64,000 nt of DNA from Selaginella moellendorffii (taxonomy: Eukaryota; Plantae; Lycopodiophyta): the NCBI RefSeq assembly GCF_000143415.4, contig NW_003314266.1:2885964-2949963 (forward strand), given 5' to 3'. Every line of letters starts with the position of its first letter. Positions within the stretch are counted from its first letter, which is position 1. The notes beneath the pieces are model-generated. The model saw only the letters and a program-made list of their open reading frames with translations. It was not told where the DNA came from and did not search any database. Made by a program: the position numbers and the translations under genes. Of this stretch, positions 23,780-36,962 are shown one piece after another.

Positions 23780-26700
23780 GATGGTGATAATGGCAACAAC
23801 AATGGTTAGTATTGAAAATTTGTACACTTTTGAGGAAGTGTTAGGTCAACTTCAAAACACTGACAAGACAACAACTCAACTTCACCCACTACAGTCACAC
23901 TCCAATATACCTAATCAATAGTGGTGAAGGCAAACAACCCAAATTGTCCAATAGTCAAGCACTCCATGAAAAAGTCAACAACTTACACCGAGCTGACGAA
24001 CAGCTACAATCCTCCAACAACAATGAGGTCAGCAAAGCAATTGTTGATGACAACAATCTTCAACAGCAACCACAATCATGACACAACTATACACTTGAAG
24101 AACTCTTCGACAATCTAGAAGAACAACCACAACCAACACAACATAACTTTAACAAGTATGTCAACAACAATTTTGAACAACATCTTCTAGAAATTAACAC
24201 CAACAAGCAACCTGATGCAAACAATAATGTCGACAACACACCCGAAAAGAGTCCTAAGAAAGAAGAAAAAACAGAGAGTCCACTAAACAACAATAACAAT
24301 CCACCTATTTCCTCCTACACTGACTTTGCCGTCGACCCCAACAGCTCCAAATCAGCTTCAGACTCCATAGCGACAACTTGACAAAACAACCTCGATAATA
24401 CCAACATTACTACCAACCGCAAATGGCAGTCACTACTGCCATTGCCAACATACCTGTCAAAAGACATGTCTCCTATCCACTATTTCATGGTCTAAAGTCG
24501 GAAGACACCAAGAAACATATTGAACAATTCCGAGAAGCAATCTGCCAAACAACTGAACTCCCATACTACTTCTGGTGTACCCTTCAAAAGAGAGCCAACG
24601 AATGGGCTCAAACGCTTCCTCAAAATACAAGTTCTGACAACCTTACACTCAAGCTCATTGATTGATTCAAGTCTTCCCTCACTCAAAGCCAATTACTTCA
24701 CAAGATCCAAAAACTCAAGTAGAAGTCTGGTCAATCCATTAACGACTACACTCAAACCTTCACTCAACATGCCAGAAAAATGTGGCAACAGTGCCACCAA
24801 AACTTTACTTTACCAATGGTACATGCAAGGCCTCTGACAATCCCTCCAAGAAGCGGTGACATACATCAACATCACCACTTACCTTGAACTAGGAAGAGCA
24901 CTTCAAGATGTTCAAGCTCGATGAATGACAGCACAAGTCAACGACACTAACAACTCAGATTCCAACAGCAGTATAACACCTTTGACAATGAACTTGGAGA
25001 GAGCACCAAGTCAAAACTTTGGAAACTCAGGAAAACAGGTTGACAAGCTCAAGGGAAAAGCCAAGGCCAACATCAAAGAATTTCAATCTGGAATTTGGTG
25101 TATTAAGTGCAAGAAGGAAGGACATCCAGCAAGTGACTACAAACTCCAAATCTCCAAATGCCAGATCTGTGCCAAAGAAGGTCATGAAGCCAAGACTTGC
25201 AGATTTTGAAATTCTTTAGAAGTTCGACAAATCTTGAACTATCCCCAACAGCAGTTTTGACAACCATATCCGAATCAATACTTCGACAAATACCTGGCAC
25301 CACCTCCGACAAACTGGAGACCGCCGAGAAACAACTTCCAACAACAAAGTCGACAATGGAATGATCAACCTCACTACAACAACTATAACAAAAATTACAA
25401 CAACAACTACAACGATCAACAATACCCGCCAAACTGGAACTGCTTGGCAAACTGGGACAACTACAACCAAGGATACCAACAATACCCAAGATACCAGAAC
25501 TAATGATACCAAGGCCAAAGTTATCAAGACCAGGGCTACCAAGGCAACTACAACAACCGGCCATGGCAATCTTGACTTCAAAGCCAAGGAGGTCTGCCAA
25601 GACTTGGTCCACCACCTCCTCAACAACAAGATCAGAACCACCAACAACAAGGATGGTTGAGACCGACAAACTACCTTACGCTGACAATGATGACTATGAT
25701 CCTCAAGTTATGGCAGTACAGACTTGAGCACAAATTTTAGCAAAAAAACAATAACCGGACAGCGATTCCGAAGATAGTGAGGAGAAGGGCCCGGAAAGCC
25801 CAACAAAACTCCAGGAATGGAAAAAGAAGCAGAAGTTAGCCACCAAGGTACAACAGCAACTCGCTCTACAACCACCCGAATTAGTGATTTTAGACTCTGA
25901 CAATGAAGCTCAACCATCACCAGCTCGACAACAATGCCAAGACTCAATACTAGAAAACCGACAGACAAATTGTCCAATATCGACACCGACACTGACACTA
26001 GAACACAATCCTACAAACTTCGCAGAAATACAAGAAATAGCAGAGACTATCCTCAACCAAAAATATTCAAATCACCGTTGGCCAACTGCTGCAAATTGCA
26101 CGCTACCTCACCAAACAGCTCACCAATCTGACATCTGCAATGAACAATGCTCTGACAGACTCGCCCAAACTCAACCCGACACAGACAGCTGTTGACACAT
26201 TTTGAACCGAGATTCAACCAAGTGACTGCGACAATGATGTTTCGACAATTGACTTACGACTCAACAAACACCTTGTTCGAGGAGCCATAATTGATGGTGG
26301 CTCCAGCATCAATATTATTGAAGAAAGCCTTGTTCAACAACTCAACATCAGCCCAGTCCACCCGGCACCTTTCAATGTCCAAATGGCCGACCACCGATCT
26401 GTTCAACCCAAAGGCATCATTCGAAAAGTCAACACCAGCATTCAAGGCATCGAAATACCAGTCAACTATGTTGCCCTCAAACTACCAGAGCAGACCAATG
26501 GATACTCAATTCTCCTCAGTCGACCTTGGCTCCGAAGTGCCCAAGTTTATCAAGACTGGCCGAACAACAATCTTATCCTTCAAGGACTGAACGGACTGAC
26601 AACTGTGTAGACAAAAGCAACCAAATTGCTATCCAGCCACAACCAACCTATTGACTTGGAAGAATATAATCTCGAAGACGGCCTCAACAACTATGAAGAA

Positions 26701-28680
26701 CAACAAATCCTCAAACCCTACCCCAATCTCGAACCTTTGGCCAAGATCACCTTGTTCTGAATCGTCACTGACTTCCACCAAGAACAACCATCGATTACAT
26801 CAGCACTGAAACATCCAGTCACTTGAGATATGAAACTCAAAGCACCACCAGCATTCACAGTCGACAACCAGAACAAAGTTGCCTACATTCCAACAATTCT
26901 AGTAGACCAAAACTCGAAAAAGTCAGCCTTGTTGATGATAACGAACACTACATTGTACTTGCCACTGACATCTCGGCAAGTTTTTGAGACAAAGGCATCA
27001 AACTTCTCCAAAAGAAGAAACACTTGTTTGCTTGGAGTTATTGAGACCTTAAGGGAGTTTTGCCAAAACCTAGCCTTCACATCATCACCCTTCTTCCGAA
27101 CTCAAGACCAAGAAGACAAGCAGCCTGCCGGATGAATCTGAATCTGATGGAACAAGTCAAGAAAGAACTTGACAAGCTTCCCAAGTCGAGTACAGCTACC
27201 TAAATCAGAATCTGATCTGACTTTCACCACTGGTGGTTGTGCCAAAGAAAAATAGCAAGCTTTGAATCTGTGTCAACTATAAACAGCTCAATGACACCAC
27301 CAAAAAAGATATCTTCCCAATACCATTTACTGACGAAGTTCTTGATGCAATCGCCAGACACAAGATGTACTCCTTCCTTGATAGTTTCTCTGGCTATAAC
27401 CAAATCCACATTGCTAAAGAAGATTAGCACAAGACAGCATTCATTAGTCCATAGGGAGCTTATGCTTACCAATGAATGCCTTTCAAACTTTGCAACACCC
27501 ATTCACCTTCTAAAGGCTCGTCACCAACACTTTCCAAGACTACTTCACCAACCTCATGAGAGTCTTCATGGACGACTTCAACATCTTCAGCTTGGAAGAT
27601 TGACATCTCAAATGCCTCAAGAAATGCCTCGACAAGTGTGAAGAGAACAACATAGCTCTCAACCCTGACAAATGTGCTTTCTTCGTCAAATCTGGAGTAC
27701 TTCTTGGCCACATTGTCTGCAAGATGGCATTCTCATCAACAAGGACAAAGTCAATATCATCTCTAAACTCAAATTGCCAAAGAATTAGAAAGAACTTTGA
27801 TGCTTCCTTGGCAAAGTCGGATATCACTAACACTTCATCCACAAGTACGCTCACATTGCCAAACCACTCACTGATAGACTGAAGCAAGATGCCCAATGGA
27901 CATGGACATCTGAACAGCAACAAGCATTCAACAATCTCTGACTCAAACTCACAACAGCACTGATCCTTGCCAAGCCCGATTGGACACAAGAGTTTCACAT
28001 TCATGTTGACACTTCTGACATTGCCACTGGTGCAATTCTCAGCCAAACTCAGCATGACAACCGAGATCAACCAATTTACTATGCCAGCTGACTACTCAAC
28101 CCAGCTGAACGAAACTACACCACCACTGAGAAAGAAGCTCTTGGCATGGTCTACTCACTTTAGAAGTTTCGACACTACATACTGTCAACCAAAGTCGTCC
28201 TTTTCGTCAACCACAAGGCACTCCTTTACCTCATCAACAAGCTAATACTATCTGGTCGAATATCAAGATGGTCAACTTCAAAATCATCCACAAACCTGGC
28301 AAAAATAATGAGCAAGCTGACTATCTCAACCGAATCACCACCAACAACAAACCTGAAAGACAAACCGACGACTTACCCAACTCAAACTTGTTCTGAGTTT
28401 CAATACCGGCAACTTGGCTTGACGACGTTTTCAGTTACCTGAACTCAGCAAAAGTTCCGGACTGGTACACCATGTCCAAACAAAAGAAGACTTTTGTCAC
28501 TAAGACCCGCCGATACTCAGTCATCAGTGGCAATCTCTACAAACTCAGCATCGACAACATTCTTCGCCAATGCATCAAGCCACCAAGCACAACTCAAATC
28601 ATCGAGGAAGCTTGGCTGCCACTCTTGGCACGACACTGAAGAATTCTGCAAATGCTGCAACACATGTCAACGACACTGAT
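23780..28680 (+). mobile_element. Decayed Ty3/Gypsy LTR retrotransposon internal region (gag-PR-RT-RH-partial INT)
   Basis: Zinc knuckles CIKCKKEGH and CQICAKEGHEAKTC (~25100-25200); protease AIIDGGSSINII (~26285); RT YSFLDSFSGYNQI (~27370) and VFMDDF (~27565); RNase H FHIHVDTSDIATGAILSQ and NYTTTEKEALGMVY (~28000-28155); integrase zinc-finger remnant CNTCQRH (~28660). Many stops and frameshifts; no LTRs identified. Confidence 0.9.
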
Positions 28681-28743
28681 TACCGAGTTGTGAATCCCCA
28701 TTTCCATTCATTGTTTTCATATCAATACACAGCATTCATTCAC

Positions 28744-30100
28744 TCATCTTCCCCTCTCAGCCCCTGGAGATCGGAGTAGATATCCAGCGAAGAGGAATAT
28801 CCACACCTCTTCAGTGAGGATCTCCATGTAAGCGTGGGCGATGGCGTCCAAGGAGTTGACAAACAGCGACCTGGGAAGCAGCTTGCTGGCCAGGATCCCG
28901 TGCACAGCGTTCTTGCACAGCGTGGCATTGAAGAAGGCGTAGAAGTTTGGAAACATGGCAATTCCCTTGAGCCCCGGGTGGCTGAAGTCGACCAATGGCT
29001 GCCAGTCCTGCTGCACTGCGCTCTGGTTGCCCCCGTGAAGAACGTAGTTCAAGTGACTGCCATTGGGAAGGGCGACAAAGCCTCCTCTGTATCCCTTGTC
29101 TGGCATGAGCCTGGCATACTCGGCGATGAAGTCCCTCAGGCTGGAAGAATTGCTGGCTGAGACCTTGTGGTGGACGTTGGTGACAGCTGCCGGTGCAGGG
29201 TGAGTCCTGTAAGTGACGCTGAGAACCACCCCAAACGTTGCGGGGCCGCCACCCGGAGAGCCCAGAAGAGATCCTTGTTCTGGCACTCGTTGGCCACGAA
29301 GTAGGTCTCACCACGTTGAGTTGGCTGGGAGGCCATAAGTTGGTGCAAGAACGCTGTGTCCGCCACCTCCAACGTATCATCCCGCAGCACCAACACTGAT
29401 GATCCAACTTGAGCTTGTGATCCTCCCAAGAGAAAGAGAAATTATGAAGAGAGAGATAACTTACCTCGCACTGAAAGCACCGAAACTGGATGCCAGCACT
29501 GACAGTCACGGCTGACACTTGGCCGTCTTCGCTGTCGAATGGACACTAGAATCGTTCGAAGTTGTCCAAGAAGTCGATTGTATTGAGGTTGTGAGTCCAG
29601 ATGTTGAGAGCACCTCCCCGTCACTGCAACCAAGGTAGTCATGGCCGGTGTTTTTGGTAATCACATGGATGTTATGCTTGGCAGCAAAAGCAAATGCCTC
29701 GGAAACGCAATTGGCCTGGCACACGTCCACAGCATAGATTGGAACAGCACCCTGGTAGCAAGTGTCATTAGAATTGATGAGGCACTTCTGCTGCTTGAAC
29801 AAGTCCCACTGGGGATGCTGAGAAGTGCCAACTTGGTCCGACCTCCACAGCACTTCGTTTTGGCAACTTTGCAGGCTGCTTCGTCATAGTGTGGATCGTG
29901 GCACGGATACGCGGCTGGCCTGGAAGAGAAAGGAGAAAGAAGCGTGTGTTTCCAATGAATCAGAATGTTGAAGAGGACTCTTTACCTTGCTTGGATCAGT
30001 CGACCACCAATGTCCTTGCTGAAAGAAAAAAGAATACCAAGCTGGAGGAGGTGGGAAGCATCGTTGGTGAGGCAAGCAATAGCAGTGAGAGTGACTGCGA
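28744..30100 (-). pseudogene. Fungal-type FAD-linked oxidoreductase (VAO/BBE-like superfamily) pseudogene, 3'-truncated
   Basis: CLPHQRCFP...GGRLIQAR|PAAYPCHDPHYDEAAC, CYQGAVPIYAV, FAAKHNIHVITKNTGHDYLG, GGHSVLAPTYGL, VANECQNKDLFWALR and GGGPATFGVVLSVTYRTHP, spread over several frames. Confidence 0.82.
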
Positions 30101-30338
30101 CCTGAAGCTGCAAAACAGAATTAAGCTACAGCAATGAGGAACGAAATGCGGAGAAACCGGGAAGCAAATTCCATTTGAGACAGCGCGATAATTTGATAAG
30201 CCTCAAGCGATAATTTGAAACCGGTGAAATAACCTGTAATCGTGACACCTGATTTAGCTCTCCAGACATGAACATATGGACGTGTATCTGAATCTGGATG
30301 TGGATCGAAATATCTCAAAAACAATTTGATACATCGAG

Positions 30339-31702
30339 CTAACAATCTTTAATTTCCAAATGATGTTTCACCTGCTCGTGTGGATTTAGAATGTTGCAAC
30401 ATTGCCGCCTTGGAGCCTAAAGAGCATGGCCACAAAGCAAAGTCAGTTCCCAACGTTGGCACACTGGCTTACCCGGCTCGTCTCGAGCTTTGCTAGAGGA
30501 TCCTCAAGGAGACACTTGCTTGAACTGTTTCCTCTGAGGTATCTGCTGTAAAAACCATCCCTGCTTACGTTAACCATGAAATACCGTATGCTACGTCCAC
30601 AAGGATCGCCAGAAGGATTCCTGGTCCTAAAGTTGAAGCAAGGACGATAGCGGCACCCCAGCCAGTCGACGAAAGCAAGTCTCTAGGAGAAATGAAGCCC
30701 CTGCTCACTTGGACAACATACCCTCACGCGACTTTGAGGCTCCAGCGAAACTCCTGGTTGTAGCAGAACGACTGTTGAAGAACAGCTGATGGATTCGACT
30801 GGATTGCAGAGGAGAGATGGTCCAGCGCCTCCTTTCGACTCATCCCGGGAAATATTGGATTGAATCCGTCCATGTGATGCAGACTGACCAGCGGAGAGTG
30901 GGGATGTGAAGCCAAGAAACTTATAACATCTCCGTGCAAGTCCATCTAGGAGAAAGGAGAAATGAGTGAACTTAGGAATGAAGCGGATTTCTTACCTGAT
31001 GGAATCCTTTCTCAATTGTCAATGGCACACCGAGCTCTGCCATGCAAGCTTGCAGCTTCCCATCGACACCCCAGATATGATAGTTCCTTATGATCCAATC
31101 GTCCTGGATTTTCTCTAGTGCTTCCACCAGCGCGTAGCTCATTGCAATTCCTGCTCCCCCGAACGCCATGCTGGTTGAGAAGCCCAGCACACTCTGGTGA
31201 TGACTCTCAGATAAGCCACCTATGTAGTAAAACTCCCGGTGATCATACCTTGAGAGAACCTGGACAAGGTTGTCGAGCACAAAGAAGGTGTCGTCATCGG
31301 AGAGAACGAACCAATGCACCCGAGAGAAGTTCAACTGGAACAGCTCTGACGGAAGCCTTGTAATCCTAATGTGATCATGTCCTTCCCCCTGGTTCTACAC
31401 ATTGCTGATAGCTTCGCGTTGTCCGAAACTCAGACGGAGGTTAGGGCCCGTCTGTCCAGTGAAACAATACCTCGCGTCTCGTTTGGTCTCCACCAAAGCT
31501 TTATGTATCTTTTCCTGTGTTCCCAAGTACGAGAGCTGGCTCCTATTCCAAACACGATGTTTTCCAAACTTGTCACGCCACCTAAGCTGTCAGTCTCGAA
31601 ACTCCTTGGAAGAAGTGATTGCAAATGCTGAGTAATAATTGTGTAACAGCTTATAAGAGCTGTAATTCAAACTGCGCAAGAGAACACCTTTGTTACATCC
31701 AT
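30339..31702 (-). pseudogene. DUF604 / fringe-like (GT31) glycosyltransferase, copy 1, with nonsense mutations
   Basis: NIVFGIGAS...WEHRKRYIKLWWRP, WFVLSDDDTFF, MAFGGAGIAMS, EKGFHQ|MDLHGD, PLVSLHHMD and PRRQCC. In-frame TGA at 30724-30726 where Trp is expected (KVA*GYVVQV). Confidence 0.82.
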
Positions 31703-31858
31703 GGAGCCACAAAAACGACTCACTCGAAGTTACCTTACGAGTAGAGTCACACGTTTTCGACATGATCACACAACTACGTCACCTGCACATCAGAGTGACA
31801 TTTCGTAAGCGTACGGAAGTGATAATGAAAGTTAGCATGTTATGGAGTAAAAAACGTT

Positions 31859-33056
31859 TCAACAATCCTTGATCTCTACCTGTTTAGAAGGCTTGAGAAT
31901 GCTGCAGCATTGTCTTTTTAATTAAAGCATAAGTAAAAGACAAATAAGTAAACAGAAACACCAGAAAATTGCACTTACTCGGTACTGACAGCGTTGTTTT
32001 CTTACACGAATTATCTCGAGGCGTGACAAAGGATCTCTATCTTCGCAGCTGCCTGTGCCTGTTCTCTTGAAATAGTTACTGTCTAGACCATCCTGGCTCA
32101 CGTTGAGCATAAAGAATGAAACGGTGCTCAAGCAGGGATCGCTGCGATCGATGTCTCGTCTTAAAGTTAGGATCGACCGTATCCAAGTGGTGCAATGAAA
32201 CCAACGGAGTAGTCGGGTGAGAGTCGAGCAACCCGATAGCATCTCCACGAATGTCCATCTGCTAGAGCACGAAAGTTTTGAGAAGGAGCTCGAGCAGCCA
32301 GCCATTTACCTGATGAAATCCTCTGTCCAACGTCAGTGGCACGCCAAGTTCTGCCATGCAAGCTTGTAGCTTGCCGTCAACACGTGATCGTTCCTCCTAA
32401 TGCAGTCGTCCTGCATTTTCTCGAGCGCTTCCACAAGTGAGTAGCTCAGTGCAATCCCAGCACCCCCGAAAGCCATGTTTGTCGAGAACCCTGTAACACT
32501 CTGGTAATGGCTCTCCGAAAAAGCACCGATGTAGTATAAAACTGACCCGGACCCGGAGAGAACCCGGGCGAGATTGTCCACGACGAAGAAGGTGTCGTCG
32601 TCCGAAAGAACGAACCAATGCACCCCGAAAAACTTGAGCCGGAACAACTCCGAAGGAAGCCTCGAGACTCTAATCTGGTCCTTCATCTGCTGGCCCGTTA
32701 AGGTGAAGTTTCTCGAAAGCTCGTTGTTGTCGACGACTTGGAGCGGAGGCAGCGATCCATCTCGCACAGCACTGTCCAGCACTGTCCCCTCTCGTTTGAT
32801 TCGGCCGCCACCAAAGCCTCACGTAGTTCTTTCTCTGATCCCAAACCTGTGACCTGCTCCGATCCCAAACATTATATTCTGCACTTTGGTCGTCCTGGTG
32901 CTGCTGCCGCTCCCAAGATGGCGATCGCAAAAAATGACCACGGTAGAGCTTCTGTGAAGATAAGTTAGTTCCCAAGAAAACAAGGACGCAGATTGTAGCA
33001 AGAAGAATTATCGTTGCAAAGAACAAATGCCTGGCAGCCATGATGCTAGAGGCCAT
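31859..33056 (-). pseudogene. DUF604 glycosyltransferase, copy 2, frameshifted
   Basis: N-terminal TM anchor, NIMFGIGAG, WFVLSDDDTFFVVDNL, MAFGGAGIALS and MDIRGDAIGLLDSHPTTPLVSLHHLD, split across frames. Confidence 0.8.
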
Positions 33057-33499
33057 GGATCTTGATAGCGAAGTTTTGGGCGATTGATCGCTGGTAGGAG
33101 GCTGTTCTAGAGCACGATCCGATAGGGAGGGGATTTAGGCGATGGATCGCGCTCTAGAGCCGCGATTGGTGTTCTTGGGGTTTTGGAGTGATTCGAAGCT
33201 GCATTTTGCCGACCGGCACGATATTTCGAGATGGATCGCGATACAGAATCTCCGTTTTTGTTTTGCAGGAAAAAAGCAAGCTCGTTTTGGAAACTCTACA
33301 AGTTTCGAATTCTTGCGTAGAATGTTTTTGCTTGTTTGCTTGCGAGTTTTGGCCAGAGTGTTTCCGTCTCATCTCCTAAAGTAGCGTGGCAAAGAGTCTT
33401 TTTGAAAGTAGCTGATTTCTCTACTGGCCTCTCTTCCTTGTAGAATGGTTTCTAGCTTCCTGCCCATCCTTGCTGCCAGGCATTTGGTTCTTCCAGCGA

Positions 33500-34780
33500 T
33501 GGCTACAAATCTTTGCCTTTCTGGGTAGAATGTTTCGTCTCTCAACTCACAACGTTGCTCCCTAGGCGTCTGGTAAAACCAAACTTACTCAGAATTAAAA
33601 AGTAAAGTTAGCCATGAATCCGGAGTTACATCCTTGACCATGCGTACCATGGATAAATCCTTCTCCGAGCGTAAACACTTCCACCGTGTCCTCTCTTCCC
33701 GCGCATAGCTACTGCTTGACTTTCCGCCTTCCAGCCCCGTTGACCGGGTCATATAAAGTTGACCGGCCGGTCCACCGGGTTCTCTCTCGTCGTGAAGGCG
33801 ATTCCCACGCGATCGGACGACGAATCCCCAAGACAGTTTGATCGTCCCGTCCCGATTGGGATCGTAGCAGAAGGATTTCTGGAGCAAGCCCATGGGATCC
33901 ACCCCGTGCGCGCTCCCGATCAGATACTTCGATCCTCCCCATCCTTGGGAAGAATGGATCCAGGAGCGAGACGAGCGGCGTCGAGGAGAGCAAGCCAGAG
34001 GCGTCGTAGGACGTCAAACTGGTGGAATCCACGCTCCACCGTGGCGTAATCCAATTCCGCCACACAGGCGTGGATCCTAGCGTCCGCGCTATACAATCCA
34101 TGGTATCTCTCAAGGCAATCGTCCAAGACCTTGTCAAGCTCCTTGGCGAGCGCGTAGCTAATCACGAAACCGGTGCCTTTGTACGCCATGTTTGTCGAGA
34201 ATCCATCCACGTTTTGGAAGTGGCTCTCGGAGATTGATCCAGCTGCCGGTGGTTGTACTTTGCGAGAACTTTGGCCAAGTTTCCGGGGACAAACACCGTG
34301 TCATCGTCGCCCATGACGAACCAGCGAACGTCTTCCAGCCCTAGACGAAACATCTCCGAGACAATCCTCGCTATGCGGATGTGGGATTGTCTCGCTATGC
34401 GGATGTGGTGCCTTCCATTCGAAACTTGGAGGTGTCACTGGAAACATTGATCTCGGGTAGCGTGTCCTGGTCCGGTAGGAAATTCACTGCTTCGTCCAGC
34501 CAAACGAAGCCTCTCATTCGCTCCTCCGACCTCCACCATGCTTGACAAGTTCTTTGCCCGAATCCCACATTGCGGCTTTGGAGCTGATCCAAACACAATG
34601 TTCGTGAGATTGGTATCTCCCACGTCTTGTTTGATCGTATGCGATCGTGTTCTTGAGTTGAAATTCACGTAGTGCCTCACGGTCACAGCGTACACAAGAA
34701 GAACTCCATACGCTAGAACAAGGAGAACGATCATCCCAGAATATATCACCTATGGAAATACTATGGAAAGGTGGTGACAT
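33500..34780 (-). pseudogene. DUF604 glycosyltransferase, copy 3, frameshifted
   Basis: NLTNIVFG, WFVMGDDDTVF, MAYKGTGFVISYALA, ERGFHQFDV and LLQKSFCYD in different frames, plus a short tandem duplication at ~34367-34408. Confidence 0.78.
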
Positions 34781-34826
34781 TTTTATAGTTTAGCCGGTCC
34801 GAATCCCAGGAAGTACCCCTCTGTTT

Positions 34827-35321
34827 TTAGGGTTCTTTGCTTCCGTCAACGAAGAGGCCAAAGGAGAGGCCGACTTTCCAGTAATTGAGCATTTTCACCA
34901 GGAATCGCAATTTCTCCGTCACGGGTGGCATCTTATACATGAGAAATCCAATGCCTTCGATCACAGCCACGACGATTGCGCCCACCAGCACGTCCCAGTC
35001 CCCTGTTTGCCCCAGCACCGTGGCCAGGGCGTTGCCCGAGTAGAATCCCAGCAGCAGCAAGAACACTTTGAGCGGCAAATTGCGTCTGGTCTCCCGGAAT
35101 CGCTCCAGCAGATCGATCCTTCTCGCTTCCAGTAGCTGTCCGAGACGAGTGGAGATGGGATTATTGCCGCTCCCGCGTCTTCTCACTGGATCCTCGCTGA
35201 ATCCGTTGCTGCTACTGGCGCCATCGGTTCGTAGGGTTCTCGTGACGATGCTGGATCGCTGGTGTGGACGAATCGGGGGATTGTAGAGCAGGATTGGGGA
35301 AGAGCAGACAAATACCGCCAT
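34827..35321 (-). CDS. ycf20: Ycf20-like protein (DUF565)
   Basis: LPLKVFLLLLGFYSGNALATVLGQTGDWDVLVGAIVVAVIEGIG...LNYWKVGLSFGLFVD; transit-like N-terminus. Confidence 0.88.
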   Translation of the reverse strand: MAVFVCSSPILLYNPPIRPHQRSSIVTRTLRTDGASSSNGFSEDPVRRRGSGNNPISTRLGQLLEARRIDLLERFRETRRNLPLKVFLLLLGFYSGNALATVLGQTGDWDVLVGAIVVAVIEGIGFLMYKMPPVTEKLRFLVKMLNYWKVGLSFGLFVDGSKEP

Positions 35322-35370
35322 GCGATCCCAAAAACCCTAGCCAGGGAAGAACCCTAGCGAAGAATGTGCC

Positions 35371-36962
35371 ATGGCGCTGCTAGCCGGCGCCATTCCGGTG
35401 GCGATCGCGAGCTCATCCTCGACATCTTTGGCTCCGATTTCTTGCAGCGCGCAAGCCGTCGAGCAAAATGTGAGCTTCCGGAAGAATGCCAGTGCCACTG
35501 CTGCCGAGGAGCAAATATTTTCAGGCCAGGGACCAGGTAAGTCGCGGCAGTGGACGAAGAATCGGTGACAGAGATTTGCAAGTGTCTCGAATCGAGGCTG
35601 ATTCAGGTGGGGAGTCGAGCCGCATTCCAGGGCCTCCACTTTGCGGTGTGCAAGATCTTGCAAAAAACGAAAGATCCAGACGCTGCTCTCGCGTTCTTCC
35701 AGTGGCTGACTAGAGAAGCTTGCTACAATCCCAACACAGTGGCATACAATTGCCTTCTCAACACGCTCGTCAAGGCCGGGAGAATCTATCAAGTGAGAGA
35801 GATGTTGGATCGAAAAACTCTGGGGGAGTTCGTGCACAGCGAGTTCACGTATGGAACTCTCGTCCACGGCCACTGCCTTGCCGGGGAGTTCGACGAGGCA
35901 AAGAGGCTTGTGGAGGAGTTTAAGGATACAGGGATGAGCCCCGGGAGCTTGGTCGTCCTCCACAGCCTCATGCTCAAAGGTTTCTCCGAGGCTGGGCTGG
36001 TGGACGAGGCCAAGAGCTATCTCCACCGGATGGATTGCAAGCCCAGCAGCATCTCCTACAACACGCTCATCGATGCGCTGTGTAGCTTCGGGAGGATCTA
36101 AGAGGTCCGTGAAGAGCTCCAGGCCATGGCCAAGCGAGGCGTGGCTCCAAACCGGGTGGCTTACAACGCGATGGCCAGGGGCCTCAGCAAAGCTGGCCTG
36201 CTCGACGAGGCTTTCGATCTCATGGGAGTGATGGAAAGCGCTGGTTTTGCTCTGACGGCTGTGACTTTCAATCCGGTGGTGGAGTTTCTCTGCAAATCCG
36301 GGAGGCCGGACGAGGCATGCAAGGTGATGGAGACAATGCTTCTCAGGAACATCGAGCCCAACATTCTGACGCTCAACTTGATCCTCCAGGCGGCACGGCC
36401 CGAGGAAGCGCTCGGCATGACGGACGTAATGGTGGAGATGGGATTCTGCCCGACCATCGTCACCTTCAACGCGCTGCTGGAGCTGTTCTGCAACACCGAT
36501 CAGATGGACAGCGCCACCGAGCTCCTGGAAACGATGGCGCGCAGCAAGTGCAAGCCAAACTTCGTGACTTACAGCATCATGGTCCAGAAGTTTGCAGAGA
36601 TGGGGAGAATGGTGGAAGCTCGAGCGTTCCTGGAGCAGCTGGTGGTGTGTGGCTACGCTCCCAATCTCCTGGTGTGCAATGCCTACGTCGCGGGGCTTTG
36701 CAAAACCGGAGAGATGGATCTGGCTTCCAGATTTCTCACGGTGATGGCGGAGGAGGGGTGCCGAGCAAACACCGCGACTTACAACAGCCTTGTGGAGGGT
36801 TTTTGCAAGCTCGGCAGGATGGACGAGGCGGAGAGGGTCCTCGAGGAGATGATCGCTGAGGGAAGCCTTCCGGACTCGACCACTTACAACGTTTTGATCC
36901 AGGGGCTTTGCAGCGCTGGACAGATCGAGCACGCCTTCATGGCGGGCGGTGGAATCAGCTAG
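35371..36962 (+). pseudogene. P-class PPR gene with internal stop (pseudogene or sequence error)
   Basis: 35-aa P motifs (PNTVAYNCLLNTLVKAG, ANTATYNSLVEGFCKLGRMDEA). In-frame TAA at 36099-36101 and a frame discontinuity near 35540. Confidence 0.8.
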
